This document shows positions 1 to 9,672 of a stretch of 64,000 bases of DNA, piece by piece. The DNA is from a virus. Lineage: Duplodnaviria; Caudoviricetes. The translations under genes and the position numbers were made by a program. The stretch's first letter is position 1. The number at the start of each line of letters is the position of its first letter. Location: IMG/VR virus record IMGVR_UViG_2846920067_000004, positions 983-64,982 of that record; one strand, 5' to 3'. The notes beneath the pieces were generated by a model. That model saw only the letters and a program-made list of their open reading frames with translations, was not told the DNA's origin and did not search any database.

Positions 1-146
1 CCCAAGTCCAGGCCGTAGGCGTCGATCAGTTCCTCCCTGATCTTGTCCGCGAAGCCAACCTTCACGAAGCCGTGCATGGCGACCAGGTGGTCAGCGATGG
101 TGTCTTTGCCGGACTTCAGCGGCCCGGCTAGGCCGATTAGTTGCAT
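1..146 (-). CDS. Deoxynucleoside monophosphate kinase, 5' part (runs off the window)
   Basis: Own translation MQLIGLAGPLKSGKDTIADHLVAMHGFVKVGFADKIREEL shows the P-loop GxxxSGKDT and FAD motif of phage dNMP kinases. Confidence 0.85.
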   Translation of the reverse strand, partial: MQLIGLAGPLKSGKDTIADHLVAMHGFVKVGFADKIREELIDAYGLDL

Positions 147-187
147 GTGGTTCTCCTGCGCAAGCACGTTAAAGAGAGCCTGCGATA

Positions 188-593
188 TGATGAATGTTTC
201 TTCTGCGGAGCGCGCCGTGACAAAGACAAAGTACCTCGCCCGTGTTGCTGCATATTTCAAGGGGGAGTTTGCCCGGCTGCTGGCTGCGAGAGATGCTGAA
301 TTGCTGGGGGAGCTGAAGGAAATGCGAAGCCCGTCCGTGATGAGCAGGGGAGGCTTGTGTTCGACTTTCGATATGAGCAGCTTTTTTATCTTCTTGAACG
401 TCGAACGGATTTTGGTGATGAAGACCCGCCAGGCTCACTTCGCAATGGCAAGGATGTGAGCGACTTTTGTCGTATCGTTACTCACCCTTGGCCTGATAAA
501 GAATTTGCGGCGCATGGGCTGACAATAAATCTGATCAAGCAAGCGCGCTCAACGGGCGATTGCTTGATCCGCATTCAGTCAGCAGTCCCTTGA
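188..593 (+). CDS. Hypothetical moron protein, counter-oriented, one frameshift near 355
   Basis: Lower-GC segment; ORFs 43..459 and 357..593 join into one plausible gene. Confidence 0.4.
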
Positions 594-1105
594 GCTTCAG
601 CATGATCCTGCCCCATCGCGGCGTCGATAGCGGAATCCAGCTCCGATTCGAATAGCACCTCTTCGCCCCCGTCTTCGTCGAACGGTAGCGGGAACCGCAC
701 AGCACAGATTTCCCGCTGTCCCGGCAGCACCTCGATGTCATCGCTGCGCAGCCACCGATACCGTGCCGCGTCCCGCTCCAGCTCGGCGATGCGCGCGGCC
801 TGGGCTCTAATGGTGGCTCCGGCTGTATCGAGGCTGGCATCAGCCCGGTACGCCAGCAACTCCTGCGCCATCGCTTCCAGGTCTGCCAGCAGTCCCTGAA
901 CTGCTGCAGGGTTGGCGGCAGCGATGTAGGCCATGTTAGCCGGCGAGGCCGCGCCGCTGGCTACGACATCGCCGTCAACGCGGCCCCGGTTCGCAGGGGT
1001 TGTCCCGACGCGGTGCCAGCCGTTGCTGGTCTGATGCTCCCACGGCCCAGGTGTCGCAGCCTCAGCCGCCGCGCGCAGGGCGGCGAGTTGGTCAGGGGTT
1101 AGCAT
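575..1105 (-). CDS. Ead/Ea22-like phage protein
   Basis: N-terminus LRAAAEAATPGPW and AYIAAANP motif typical of Ead/Ea22; DAARYRWLR motif. Confidence 0.75.
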   Translation of the reverse strand: MLTPDQLAALRAAAEAATPGPWEHQTSNGWHRVGTTPANRGRVDGDVVASGAASPANMAYIAAANPAAVQGLLADLEAMAQELLAYRADASLDTAGATIRAQAARIAELERDAARYRWLRSDDIEVLPGQREICAVRFPLPFDEDGGEEVLFESELDSAIDAAMGQDHAEAQGTAD

Positions 1106-1278
1106 GGCAGACTCCGTTTTGTGTAGTTGTCACAGCGCACGACGATGACCCCGTCCTGGTCGCGCTTGATCGGCGTCATCGTGTTGAACGGCAGCTTGCT
1201 GCAGTTTTGGACGAACAACATTAGGCAGCTGGCGCACATCCGGCCGCTGGGTCGATGGGTGAGGTCAGGGGTTAGCAT
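1099..1278 (-). CDS. Small Cys-containing hypothetical protein (~59 aa)
   Basis: Own translation MLTPDLTHRPSGRMCASCLMLFVQNCSKLPF...VVRCDNY; GGAG RBS; overlaps both neighbours. Confidence 0.6.
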   Translation of the reverse strand: MLTPDLTHRPSGRMCASCLMLFVQNCSKLPFNTMTPIKRDQDGVIVVRCDNYTKRSLPC

Positions 1279-1537
1279 GGGCAGACTCCTTCTTGCGCTT
1301 GATGATTTCGGCCACGCCTCGCCGATCTGTTTGGATCGCGCCCAGCCTCACCGCCTCGTCACGCTTCGTCAGGCATACATCGTAGTGGCTGTGTGGCGTG
1401 CCAGGCTTCTGGTGCCACCGGCGCGCTACGCCGATCCTAGCTGCCATGGCGTGCAGCTCGTCTTCGGTGTCGGCCAGCATGTGGCACATGATCATGCGTC
1501 CGTAGTTGGCTCGCATGTCGTCAACGTAGACGGCCAT
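1265..1537 (-). CDS. DUF4031-like protein
   Basis: MAVYVDD...MCHMLADTEDELHAMAARIG...HYD motif. Confidence 0.8.
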   Translation of the reverse strand: MAVYVDDMRANYGRMIMCHMLADTEDELHAMAARIGVARRWHQKPGTPHSHYDVCLTKRDEAVRLGAIQTDRRGVAEIIKRKKESAHANP

Positions 1538-1671
1538 TACTCACCCCTTTCTTGGCTCTCTCGCTGTCAAAACGCTTCACGCTGGCCACTGTGGCTTCGT
1601 GGTGGATGGGGCACTCCACCAGAACGGCTCCATCCGGAGTTCCTACCCATCGACATCCGCACTGGTATCCG

Positions 1672-1914
1672 TCATGGCTGACTTTCCGGCGCTTGTAGGT
1701 GTCTCCGGTCATCACTCGACCCTTCCTTCGGCGCTGCCGGACGAGGAATCCAGTGAGTCGGTTGCTCTTCCCCATATTCGCCATCAAACGAAAAAAACCA
1801 CCCATCATCATCGAAATACATCGACTCAATATGTTCGCCATACTTGGTCGGTCGGTACGCAATTACATGGGTGCCGTCTTTCGGCGCAGTCTCAATCGGT
1901 TTCCATTCCATCAC
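1672..1914 (-). CDS. DUF551-like phage protein
   Basis: WKPIETAPKDG...PTHWIPRP motif. Confidence 0.75.
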   Translation of the reverse strand: MMEWKPIETAPKDGTHVIAYRPTKYGEHIESMYFDDDGWFFSFDGEYGEEQPTHWIPRPAAPKEGSSDDRRHLQAPESQP

Positions 1915-2200
1915 TCGCCTCCTTCCTTCTGCGCGGCCATTCTGTCCTCGCGTTCAATCGCAGCAACTAGCAGGGCAGCGGCCTTGATCCAGTTGCGGCG
2001 CTTATCCGGCTTGGCTTCCACCATGCCTTGTCCCACGGCCAGGGCTGCGGCGGGTCGCCAGCGGGGTATGCGAGGGTATGCATGGCGTAGCAACCGGCGG
2101 CGCCCGCCAGGGCGTAGTCCCGATGCTTGTCGTCATGCTCCGGTGTCCAGCCCTCGACCTCTATCTGCCGGCGGCGCTCGGCAGCTATCTCCTCGATCAC
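1911..2200 (-). CDS. Conserved phage hypothetical protein (frameshifted)
   Basis: IAAERRRQIEVEGWTPEHDD...WPW..WWKP..RRNWIKAAALLVAAIER split over two frames. Confidence 0.7.
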
Positions 2201-2625
2201 GGACGGCGGCTGCTGGCTGGCTGCGGCGCGGCCTCAGCTGAGGCAATGGCCTCTTTCACGCGACCGGGCAGCGTCGCCGGGATGTCGTACTCGCTCATGT
2301 AGGCCATCGCCTCATCGCATTCCCGCAGAACAGTCAGCAGTTGCTGATTCACCGTCTCTTGAGCGGGCTGCGGGCAGGTGTAGAACTTTGTCCCTACCGG
2401 AATCAGCTGCAGCGGCTGATGCCAATGCATGCAATGCACGCCGCCATGGCGCTCTACGATCTCAGCCACCGCCTCGCCGCTCTGCTCGGTGGCCGGCGAC
2501 TGCTCGGCACCATTCAGCGCCTCCTCCAGCGCGTTGATCATGTCGTCGGTCAGCTCGCCATCTCGGTCGGCTGCGATGACGGCGCGCGCGGCGTCCGCCA
2601 GTTGGGTCAGGGTTTGCATGGTCAC
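2197..2625 (-). CDS. Phage hypothetical protein
   Basis: 142-aa ORF coupled to neighbours in the early-left operon. Confidence 0.6.
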   Translation of the reverse strand: MTMQTLTQLADAARAVIAADRDGELTDDMINALEEALNGAEQSPATEQSGEAVAEIVERHGGVHCMHWHQPLQLIPVGTKFYTCPQPAQETVNQQLLTVLRECDEAMAYMSEYDIPATLPGRVKEAIASAEAAPQPASSRRP

Positions 2626-2870
2626 TCCTCACTTCCATGTATCCGCTCAAATGCTGCTTGCGGATCGTTTGAGGCCAGTTCGGCCAGTTCAGGCGCGAGA
2701 GCATTCATTGCGTCCCAGGCCCAAGCGCGGTGCTTGTGCGGGCAGTCGCTGAAATACTGAATGCTGGCCAGCTCTTTCAGGCATGCCTGCAGCCGTTCGT
2801 CGGTGAGAGGCGGTACTTCGGCGCGCGGGATGTACTCGACGCCGTCAATCAAAACGGTCGGCATACTCAC
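2622..2870 (-). CDS. Phage hypothetical protein
   Basis: 82-aa ORF with RBS, VLIDGVEYIP start. Confidence 0.6.
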   Translation of the reverse strand: MSMPTVLIDGVEYIPRAEVPPLTDERLQACLKELASIQYFSDCPHKHRAWAWDAMNALAPELAELASNDPQAAFERIHGSEE

Positions 2871-2930
2871 TCCTCGCCCTGGGCGGGCATTGGTGCCGGC
2901 TGATCAGGCAGCCAGCTGTCGCAGGGCAGG

Positions 2931-4946
2931 TCATGCGGCGATCCTTCGGCGTTGTTTCATCTCGTCGCTGCTCCAGGCCATCAGGTCGCGGCAGTTGGCT
3001 GCGATCAGCGCGGCGGCCGGCTTTGGCGGGACGCTGTTGCCAACCATCCGCACCTGGGCCGATTTGCTGAATGGCCGCCCGTCGTGGCCGCGGTCGATGA
3101 TGTAGTCGGCCGGGAATGACTGGCAGCCATACAGCTCGGCCGGTTTAAGCATGCGCAACTTGATGTCGACGATCACCCACGGTTCGCCGCGGATCCAGAC
3201 CGTGACCAGCGCCAGCCGGTCGCGGGTGGTGGCGGTTGGCATCGGCTGGTCCAGGCCGCTGACGTTGTCGGTGCCGTAGTAGCTGATCAGGAACGCGGCC
3301 ACCCGCAGCGCGCCAGCTTCGTCCTCCTGGCTCAGTTGGTAGGACACGAGCGCATGGTGCTCGGCGCTGGCGGTGGCAGTCGGCATGGGCTCGGTCATGT
3401 CTCGGCCAATGCAGTTGCGGCGCAGGGTGGCTAGGTGGGTCGTTACCAATTGCTGCTGGCTGCCGGTGGTCGTGATCGTGGTGGCCGGCTCGTCCAGGCC
3501 CCGGCCGACTGTCTCGTTGAAGCCGCCGTTCGCCTGCATCATGTAAGCGGTGGCGACGTGGCGATGGTTCTCCTTCAGGATGGTGCCGAGCGGCTGGTCC
3601 ACGGCGACGGGCTTGCCGCTGTAGCTGGGGCCGCCGGCGCCGACGAGGATCGCCGAAGCCAGGCCATGCTTGCGGCCGCCGGCGACCACGGTGCCCAGCG
3701 GCTTGTCGATGTCGAGCGAGCGCGGCGACTGCCCTTCCCTCTCGCCGTAGCCCAGCTGCACCATGGTGGCGGCCGCCAGCAACTGGTTCCCCGCAGTGGT
3801 GATAGTCGGCGCGGGCGCATCGGCGCTGCGTGCAGGGTTCCCCGTGGTATTCGGCACGATGATGGCGGAAGCGACGGCGATTTCTCCGCGGTGCGCAGCC
3901 GTTATCGTCGGCGCCGGTTGCTGAGGACCGTAGACGCGGTCTCCGCCCTGGTGAGTCAGCGGCACAAGAGCCGGGCTGGCCACTGCCATGCTGCCGCCGC
4001 GCGGCCAGGCGGTGATGGTGCGCAGCGGATCAGCCGTGGACTGCACGCCGTTGGTGTTGGACCAGTTGGCCAGCTCCACGATGAATGGCGTAGCGCTGTC
4101 CAGGACGAACTTCTTCATGCCCTTGGCGACGCGGCGCATGGTGGCGTCCGCCAGCGGTTTCTTGCGGTCGAAAATCGACTGGCCCAGGTCGCTGAAATCG
4201 ATGTGATCAGCTGCTGGCCGCCACTTCTTTTGCCCGGCTGCCGGCTTCTCGAAGTGCGTCGGCGCCGGCCACTCAATCGGGCGTCCGTCGCGGCGGGCGA
4301 GCAGATAGAGCCGTTCGCGGGTGGTGGCCGCGCCATAGTCCGCTGCGACCAGCGTCCGGTGTTCCACGTCGTAGCCCAGCTTGCGCAGCACGCTCAGGAA
4401 CCGGCGCCAGGTGCGGCCGATGTGCTTCGGGTCCGGAACGAGAAACTGCTCTTGCACGGGCACGCGCTCGCCAGGCTCTGCCACACTACCGTCCAGCCGC
4501 ATCACACGGCCCGTCTTCTTGCAGCGCTTGGCGATCAGCGGCCCCCACTGCCGCATTTGTTTCACGTTTTCCATGCTGATGCTGCGCGGCTTGACCTGGC
4601 CGGCCCAGCGTGGAATGACCCAACCCAGCGAGCGAATGGCTTTGTCCCGCGGCTGGCCGCCGACGGCCTGGCTGAAATGGGTGCAGTCCGGAGAGCCGTG
4701 TAGGTGGCCGACCGGCCGCCCTTGGCAGGCCTCGCGCGGGTCAACTTCAAACACGTCGCAGCAGTAATGCTGCGTCTGCGGATGGTTCGCCATGTGCATG
4801 CTGATGGCGTCCATGTCGTGGTTGATGGCGATGTCGACGTGGCGGCCCAGGGCCTCCTCAATGGCGCTGGACATGCCGCCGCCACCGGCAAACAGATCCA
4901 CTATGATTTCATCGGTGGTGAGAAGGGAAAACTGGTCGCGGATCAT
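2931..4946 (-). CDS. Orphan phage C5-cytosine DNA methyltransferase
   Basis: Motif I DLFAGGGG, catalytic SPDC, ENV, RERL and C-terminal GNSV; no cognate endonuclease nearby. Confidence 0.93.
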   Translation of the reverse strand: MIRDQFSLLTTDEIIVDLFAGGGGMSSAIEEALGRHVDIAINHDMDAISMHMANHPQTQHYCCDVFEVDPREACQGRPVGHLHGSPDCTHFSQAVGGQPRDKAIRSLGWVIPRWAGQVKPRSISMENVKQMRQWGPLIAKRCKKTGRVMRLDGSVAEPGERVPVQEQFLVPDPKHIGRTWRRFLSVLRKLGYDVEHRTLVAADYGAATTRERLYLLARRDGRPIEWPAPTHFEKPAAGQKKWRPAADHIDFSDLGQSIFDRKKPLADATMRRVAKGMKKFVLDSATPFIVELANWSNTNGVQSTADPLRTITAWPRGGSMAVASPALVPLTHQGGDRVYGPQQPAPTITAAHRGEIAVASAIIVPNTTGNPARSADAPAPTITTAGNQLLAAATMVQLGYGEREGQSPRSLDIDKPLGTVVAGGRKHGLASAILVGAGGPSYSGKPVAVDQPLGTILKENHRHVATAYMMQANGGFNETVGRGLDEPATTITTTGSQQQLVTTHLATLRRNCIGRDMTEPMPTATASAEHHALVSYQLSQEDEAGALRVAAFLISYYGTDNVSGLDQPMPTATTRDRLALVTVWIRGEPWVIVDIKLRMLKPAELYGCQSFPADYIIDRGHDGRPFSKSAQVRMVGNSVPPKPAAALIAANCRDLMAWSSDEMKQRRRIAA

Positions 4947-5125
4947 TTGATTTCCTTGCACGTCTTGCAGCGCCACACGCTCCCGGCGCCGCTGGGTGTC
5001 GTCACATACGCGCCGCCGGCCAGATGACGGCGCCGCTCACAGCCGCTGCATATCCGATACAGGCTCATGCGTGCCTCCATGAAAAAAGGCCCGTATGGGC
5101 CTGGTTGTTTGGTGCTGCCGGCGCG

Positions 5126-5590
5126 TCACGCTGCTTTGGTCAGATCGTCCGCCACCATCTCCCGGTCTACCTCCATCTCGGCAGCGAAAAGCCGCTGCGT
5201 CGGCACCGTCTCCAGCCAGCTCTGTAGCGTGGCCACCGCGCGCCGCAGCGTTTTCCACTCGTCGCCGGTCAGGCCGTAATGGCCATGCTGCCGCCGGCGG
5301 CGCTTGACCTCGGCCAGCACGCCTTGCAGGCTCCTGCCAATGGCCAGCCGCTCGTCTGTCGCATACTCGGGGTAGCGCTTGACCAGCTTGGCCACGGTGT
5401 TGCTCAGGTAGATCAACTCGTTGACGTCGCGCGGCACCCATTCCGATGGCGGCCGGTCGGCGGTCAGCATGCGCTTGAGGCTGCGATTCTGGCAGTGGTC
5501 CGCCAGTGGACTCATGACCGATCCAACCGGCAGACCTGGGATGCCTTGCGGTAGTTGCCAGACCTTGCGAGTTGTCCGTTTTCTGCTCAC
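5126..5590 (-). CDS. Phage hypothetical protein
   Basis: 154-aa ORF overlapping the upstream gene by 4 nt. Confidence 0.6.
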   Translation of the reverse strand: MSRKRTTRKVWQLPQGIPGLPVGSVMSPLADHCQNRSLKRMLTADRPPSEWVPRDVNELIYLSNTVAKLVKRYPEYATDERLAIGRSLQGVLAEVKRRRRQHGHYGLTGDEWKTLRRAVATLQSWLETVPTQRLFAAEMEVDREMVADDLTKAA

Positions 5591-5811
5591 GCCGCGCTCT
5601 CCCGTACCAACTGGATCACGTTGTTGCGCGACTCCGGCGGTAGCAGCGCAACGGACAAGGCATTGCGCAGTTCCTTCCGCTCAAGATCACTTGCGTGTAG
5701 TTGTGACTGCAGCTGCTCGACTTGCTGGCGCAGCAGATGGTTGTCCGCACTCAGCTGCTCGTAGAGCGAGTCCTCGGCGCTGGCTTGCTGGGTGATGATT
5801 GATTCGGTCAT
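5587..5811 (-). CDS. Small coiled-coil hypothetical protein
   Basis: 74 aa, heptad pattern, GGAGG RBS. Confidence 0.6.
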   Translation of the reverse strand: MTESIITQQASAEDSLYEQLSADNHLLRQQVEQLQSQLHASDLERKELRNALSVALLPPESRNNVIQLVRESAA

Positions 5812-5859
5812 GGTGCATTCCTCCGCGGGCGCGTGCGGCGCCCGGCTGTGTTTCGGTGG

Positions 5860-6810
5860 TCAGGCTATCGGCAGCTCCGGCTCGCGCTCTTGGACGCCCC
5901 CTTCCTGGCGGGCTTGGCTGTCTTCCAAGCCGCCCAGCGCCTCCACCAGCGCTTCCACCAGTTCGCCCAGCTCTTCGCTCATCAGGATGAAGGTGGCTTC
6001 GAACAGGCTTTCGCGGTCGTCGCCAGCCTGGCCGGCCTCGTCCTGCAGCATGTCCAGGAACTGGATGCGCTTCAGCTGCAGGGTGTCGGTCAGCTGGAAG
6101 CGGATCTTCTCGTTCCAGATCAGGCCCAGCTTGGTCACCTGCTTGCCGGTGGCGATGTGCTGGCGAATCTCGTCGCTGGTCAGGTCGATGCGGCTCACCC
6201 GGACCTCGGCGCCGTTCTCGCCGCCGTCCTTCAGCACCGCATCGGCGTCCAGCCCGAAGCCGCCCGGCGCTTCGCCAGCGGCCAGCCAGTCGGTCATGGC
6301 GCTGTGCGGCGCGATCTTGGTGCGCGGCAGCGCGGCGGGAAGGGCGGCAGCGCCTCGCGCAGCTTGGAGACCAGCGCCTCGGCCTTGCTGGACGAGCCGG
6401 AGTCCACCATCAGCCAGCCGCGGCGATGTCCAGGTAGGCGCTGGTGCGGCCGCTGCGCACAAAGGCGCGCGGCAGCAGGTCGTCGGTGATCTGCTCTTTC
6501 AGCGCCAGCTTTTCCTTGCGGCCGACTTTGCGCAGCTCCTTGTCCTCGATCTCCTGCACTTTCATTTCGACGAAGTCGCGGATCACCGAGGCCGGCAAAA
6601 CCTTGTCTTCGCGGCGCATGGAAACCATCAGGCTGCCGCGGCGGCGTAGACCGGCGCTTCCAGGTGCCCGGCCGGCGGAACCCATCCTTCGCTGAACCAA
6701 TCCAGGCCCATGCAGGGCTGAAATGGGCGCTTGGCCAGTGCCTCACTCAGGTGGATGGCGTCCGGCGCATCGGTGAGCCGGAACAGGGTGGCGTTGTTGA
6801 ACCAGGTCAT
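5860..6810 (-). CDS. rdgC: Recombination-associated protein RdgC (two or three frameshifts)
   Basis: MTWFNNATLFRL...GWVPP...EDKVLPASVI...LLPRAF...GKQVTKLGLIWNEKIRFQL...ALGG spread over frames. Confidence 0.9.
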
Positions 6811-7318
6811 GCGGCCTCCTGCATCTTGCGAATCCAGGCAGCAGCAGGACCGTCGTCAGTGTCGTAGATTCCAGACAGGAACCAACCTTCACCATCGGGA
6901 CTGAGCGGGAGCCAACCGCAGACGCTTCCGGTCTCCTCCAGTGCCTCAAAAAGTTCGTCGCTGTTTTCGGCCAGTCCATTTCGATGACGGAGATTTCGTA
7001 GCCATAACCCCCCAGCCACTCCCTCAGCTGGAAGGACTCATCCTCTTGCCAGCACAGGACCGAATGGAGCCACCAGCCGTTGTCATCACGTTGCGGTGTC
7101 CGCGGGGCGAAAACTTTGGCGACGATGTCGTCAGACAGCTGCGGGTACGGCGCGCGGCAGGCGTCGGCATAGGCCAGAGCCGCGGGAACGGCATAGGGGT
7201 CGAACGTCAGGTCAAGCACAAAATACTCGGCGCCAGCGCGGTCACCGCCGGGCAGGTCGCGACCATCGTTGCGGCGGACTTGGAATTTCGGGTACAGGCC
7301 GGTAGTACGTTGATCCAT
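6807..7318 (-). CDS. Phage hypothetical protein (frameshifted)
   Basis: GLYPKFQVRRNDG...YFVLDLTFDPYAVPA N-terminus; GWFLSGIYDTDDGP C-terminus in the adjacent frame. Confidence 0.65.
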
Positions 7319-7342
7319 GTGGTTCTCCAGGGGGGGAGCGAA

Positions 7343-7692
7343 TCAATCAATGGAAACGGTTTGAATGCCCAGCCGCTTCAGCGTCAGCGGCTCCTTAAGC
7401 GCCTTGGCCTCGGCCAGCTTCGCATCGAAGTCCTGCAGGCTGATGCTGTTGCCGGCGTCGTCATAGATCCGCCAGCGGTGACGCAGGCCAAGGCCTTTCA
7501 TCAGCGCAGAGAAATGACGCTGAGCGCCCAGCAGCGCCGCGGTGAAGAGGTGGGCGCCGGAGAAGTTGCTACCGGGGGGGCTTCCCAGTTGATGCGGGCG
7601 CGCCCCATCGGCAGATCGTGCTCGCCGTCGGTGATGCGGAGAGTCAGCTCGCCGTGACATTTCTCCAGCAGCTGCTTGGGCTGTTTGCTCAT
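7343..7692 (-). CDS. Phage hypothetical protein (frameshifted)
   Basis: ORFs 7501..7692 and 7343..7660 join. Confidence 0.45.
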
Positions 7693-8042
7693 GCGGCCTC
7701 CTTCAGCCCATTAACCAACAGGGAGGTGTTCGCTGCCTCGGCTGCAATGCCGGCCGCTGCGGCCGAGAGCTTGCGCATTTGCTCGGCGGTCTTGAGCAGG
7801 GCGGAAACATCTAGCTCACCAGCCAGCAGCGCGCGGATGGCCTGGGCGTTCTCCGCGGTGATCTTGGACAGGTCGATGCCGTGGACGTGGACCACGTTCA
7901 TCAGTGTCTGGACCGGCTTGGGGATGTTGCGCTCGTTTTCGTACCGGCTGCCGCCGGATTGGGTGACGCCGATGGCGCCCCAGAACTGCTGCTGGTTGAG
8001 GCCGGTTGCGCGGCGGATATCGCGGGGGTTTTGCATGCTCAC
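7689..8042 (-). CDS. XRE-type HTH regulator, RsaL-like
   Basis: LNQQQFWGAIGVTQSGGSRYE HTH signature. Confidence 0.75.
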   Translation of the reverse strand: MSMQNPRDIRRATGLNQQQFWGAIGVTQSGGSRYENERNIPKPVQTLMNVVHVHGIDLSKITAENAQAIRALLAGELDVSALLKTAEQMRKLSAAAAGIAAEAANTSLLVNGLKEAA

Positions 8043-8052
8043 TCCGATAACG

Positions 8053-8077
8053 AAAAAGCCCCGCTTGAGCGGGGCTG
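8053..8077 (-). terminator. Intrinsic terminator
   Basis: Minus strand AGCCCCGCTCAAGCGGGGCTTTTT: GC stem plus U tract. Confidence 0.8.
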
Positions 8078-8102
8078 ATTTCGAAGATGAAAGTTGTGTG
8101 GG

Positions 8103-8291
8103 TTAAAGACGGCTTGCAACGGTGGCAGGGTCTTCATTTACTACGATGGAGTCATCTTTGGAGAAATAGATCAGGGTCTTTTCAGGTTTGGTGTGAACTG
8201 GTTGCACGCGTTTAACCTGAGCTGGGTTTACGTAGACGGTGTGACCAGTCTTGCCCTCTGCCGTGTGGAATAGAGTGAATGGAACCAGCAT
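8103..8291 (-). CDS. Small moron protein, FlbD-like pattern
   Basis: VYVNPAQVKRVQ...TLIYF..IVVNEDP; low GC; own promoter and terminator. Confidence 0.6.
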   Translation of the reverse strand: MLVPFTLFHTAEGKTGHTVYVNPAQVKRVQPVHTKPEKTLIYFSKDDSIVVNEDPATVASRL

Positions 8292-8327
8292 TATGCCTCC
8301 CAAAGGAAGAGTTGAAATGTGCCAACC

Positions 8328-8356
8328 ATTCTAATAACTTGCAACAACAATGTCAT
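8328..8356 (-). promoter_or_regulatory. Sigma70 promoter of the 8103..8291 moron
   Basis: ATGACA-17 nt-TAGAAT on the minus strand. Confidence 0.65.
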
Positions 8357-8399
8357 TCCAGAAAGGCCGTTCTCCTGAGATGTGGGTATTTGGTTCCGG

Positions 8400-8821
8400 T
8401 TAGAACGGAATATCGTCATCCATGTCGTCCATGCGCGGGCCGCTTTCGGCTCCTGGCGGCGTGGCGCGGCCGGCGGCTCCTGGCGGGGTGCGTGCGACTC
8501 GCCGCCTTCCTGCCGGCCGCCCTGCAGGCTGATTTCGCCCACGCGCACGTCCGGGGACAGGCGCTTGTTGCCGTCCTTGTCCTGCCATTCGCGCAGTAAC
8601 AGCTGGCCGTACACGGTCACCTGCTGGCCCTTGGCCAGGTAGTTCTTCAGCGATTCGCCGCGCTTGCCCCATATCTGGCAGCTGAACCAGTTGGTGGCCT
8701 TGCGTTCGCCATAGCCGATGTCGCTGGCAACGCGGAAGGTGAGGATCGGCTCGCCGGCCGGCGTATAGCGCAGTTCGGCGTCGGCGGCCAGGCGGCCGTC
8801 AAAGGTGATGCTGTTCATCAA
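8400..8821 (-). CDS. ssb: Single-stranded DNA-binding protein (frameshift near C-terminus)
   Basis: GRLAADAELRYTPAG OB fold; DDMDDDIPF tail in the adjacent frame. Confidence 0.95.
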
Positions 8822-9672
8822 GCTGCCTTTCTGGTGTCAATCAGGTGTGCCCACTGATCGCCGAACAAGTAGCCCAGCTTCTCAAGCGCGCGGTCCATGT
8901 CGTATGTGAACTGGCCGACAGCGTCAGCGAAGGTCTTCATCTTGGCCTCGTCGCGGTCGATAGTGATGCTGTGCAGGATGTAATTGCGGACATCAGGGTC
9001 GTGGTTGGCGAATACCCACTGCTCGCGGCCGGTGACGAACATGGAGAATTGCACTTGCTCGATGTATTCCGGCTTGATTTCCCCGTCCAGCACGAACTTC
9101 AAATAGACAGCGGTGTTGAATGGGTTCTTGGCCTCGATTCCTAGCTTGTCGCCGATCAGACCATCCGGGCTTGCGCCGTAACGCATGCTGTCGTCGCCGT
9201 AGACGAATGGGATGGTCTCCACTTCGACGCCTGCGTCGAAGGCGTAGAGGCCGACGCACGATTCTTCATGCTCATGGCCCCAAGCGGATGCTTTGCCGCC
9301 GCTGCGCTTCTGCTGGCCGGTGGCGACTTCGGCGATCAGCTCCATCAGGTAGGTGTTGCGCATGTCGGATGGCACAGGTGGCAGAAGGGAGCGAACAAAC
9401 TTTGTGCACTCCGCTTTAGTTCCTTCAAACACCCTCCCGTCAAACTCTACGCGGTTGATGCGACCTGTCTTGACGATTTCTAAGTCGTCCGGGAATGGTG
9501 CCATGCCGCCCGTGGCTATGAGGTCCTTGGCCCGGCTGGCGGTGATAACCCCGAGTCGCATCGTTTCCCAGCTGTCCGAGCCTTGCGAAACGGCCGCGCC
9601 ATCGAAGCCCATGCGCTGCAAGGTCAGCCGGGTTAGGTCAGCTCTAAGCTGCTTGTTGCTGCGGGGTTTCAT
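8818..9672 (-). CDS. Lambda-exonuclease/YqaJ-family recombination nuclease
   Basis: QGSDSW..RLGVITAS, WGHEHE, GASPDGL, IEAKNP, QVQFSM motifs. Confidence 0.92.
   Translation of the reverse strand: MKPRSNKQLRADLTRLTLQRMGFDGAAVSQGSDSWETMRLGVITASRAKDLIATGGMAPFPDDLEIVKTGRINRVEFDGRVFEGTKAECTKFVRSLLPPVPSDMRNTYLMELIAEVATGQQKRSGGKASAWGHEHEESCVGLYAFDAGVEVETIPFVYGDDSMRYGASPDGLIGDKLGIEAKNPFNTAVYLKFVLDGEIKPEYIEQVQFSMFVTGREQWVFANHDPDVRNYILHSITIDRDEAKMKTFADAVGQFTYDMDRALEKLGYLFGDQWAHLIDTRKAA

Noticed and set aside
3435-4703. Long antisense ORFs (also 9672..10589, 22508..23947, 49695..50828, 56720..58264)
   Set aside because: Shadow frames of GC-rich genes on the opposite strand, with no motifs
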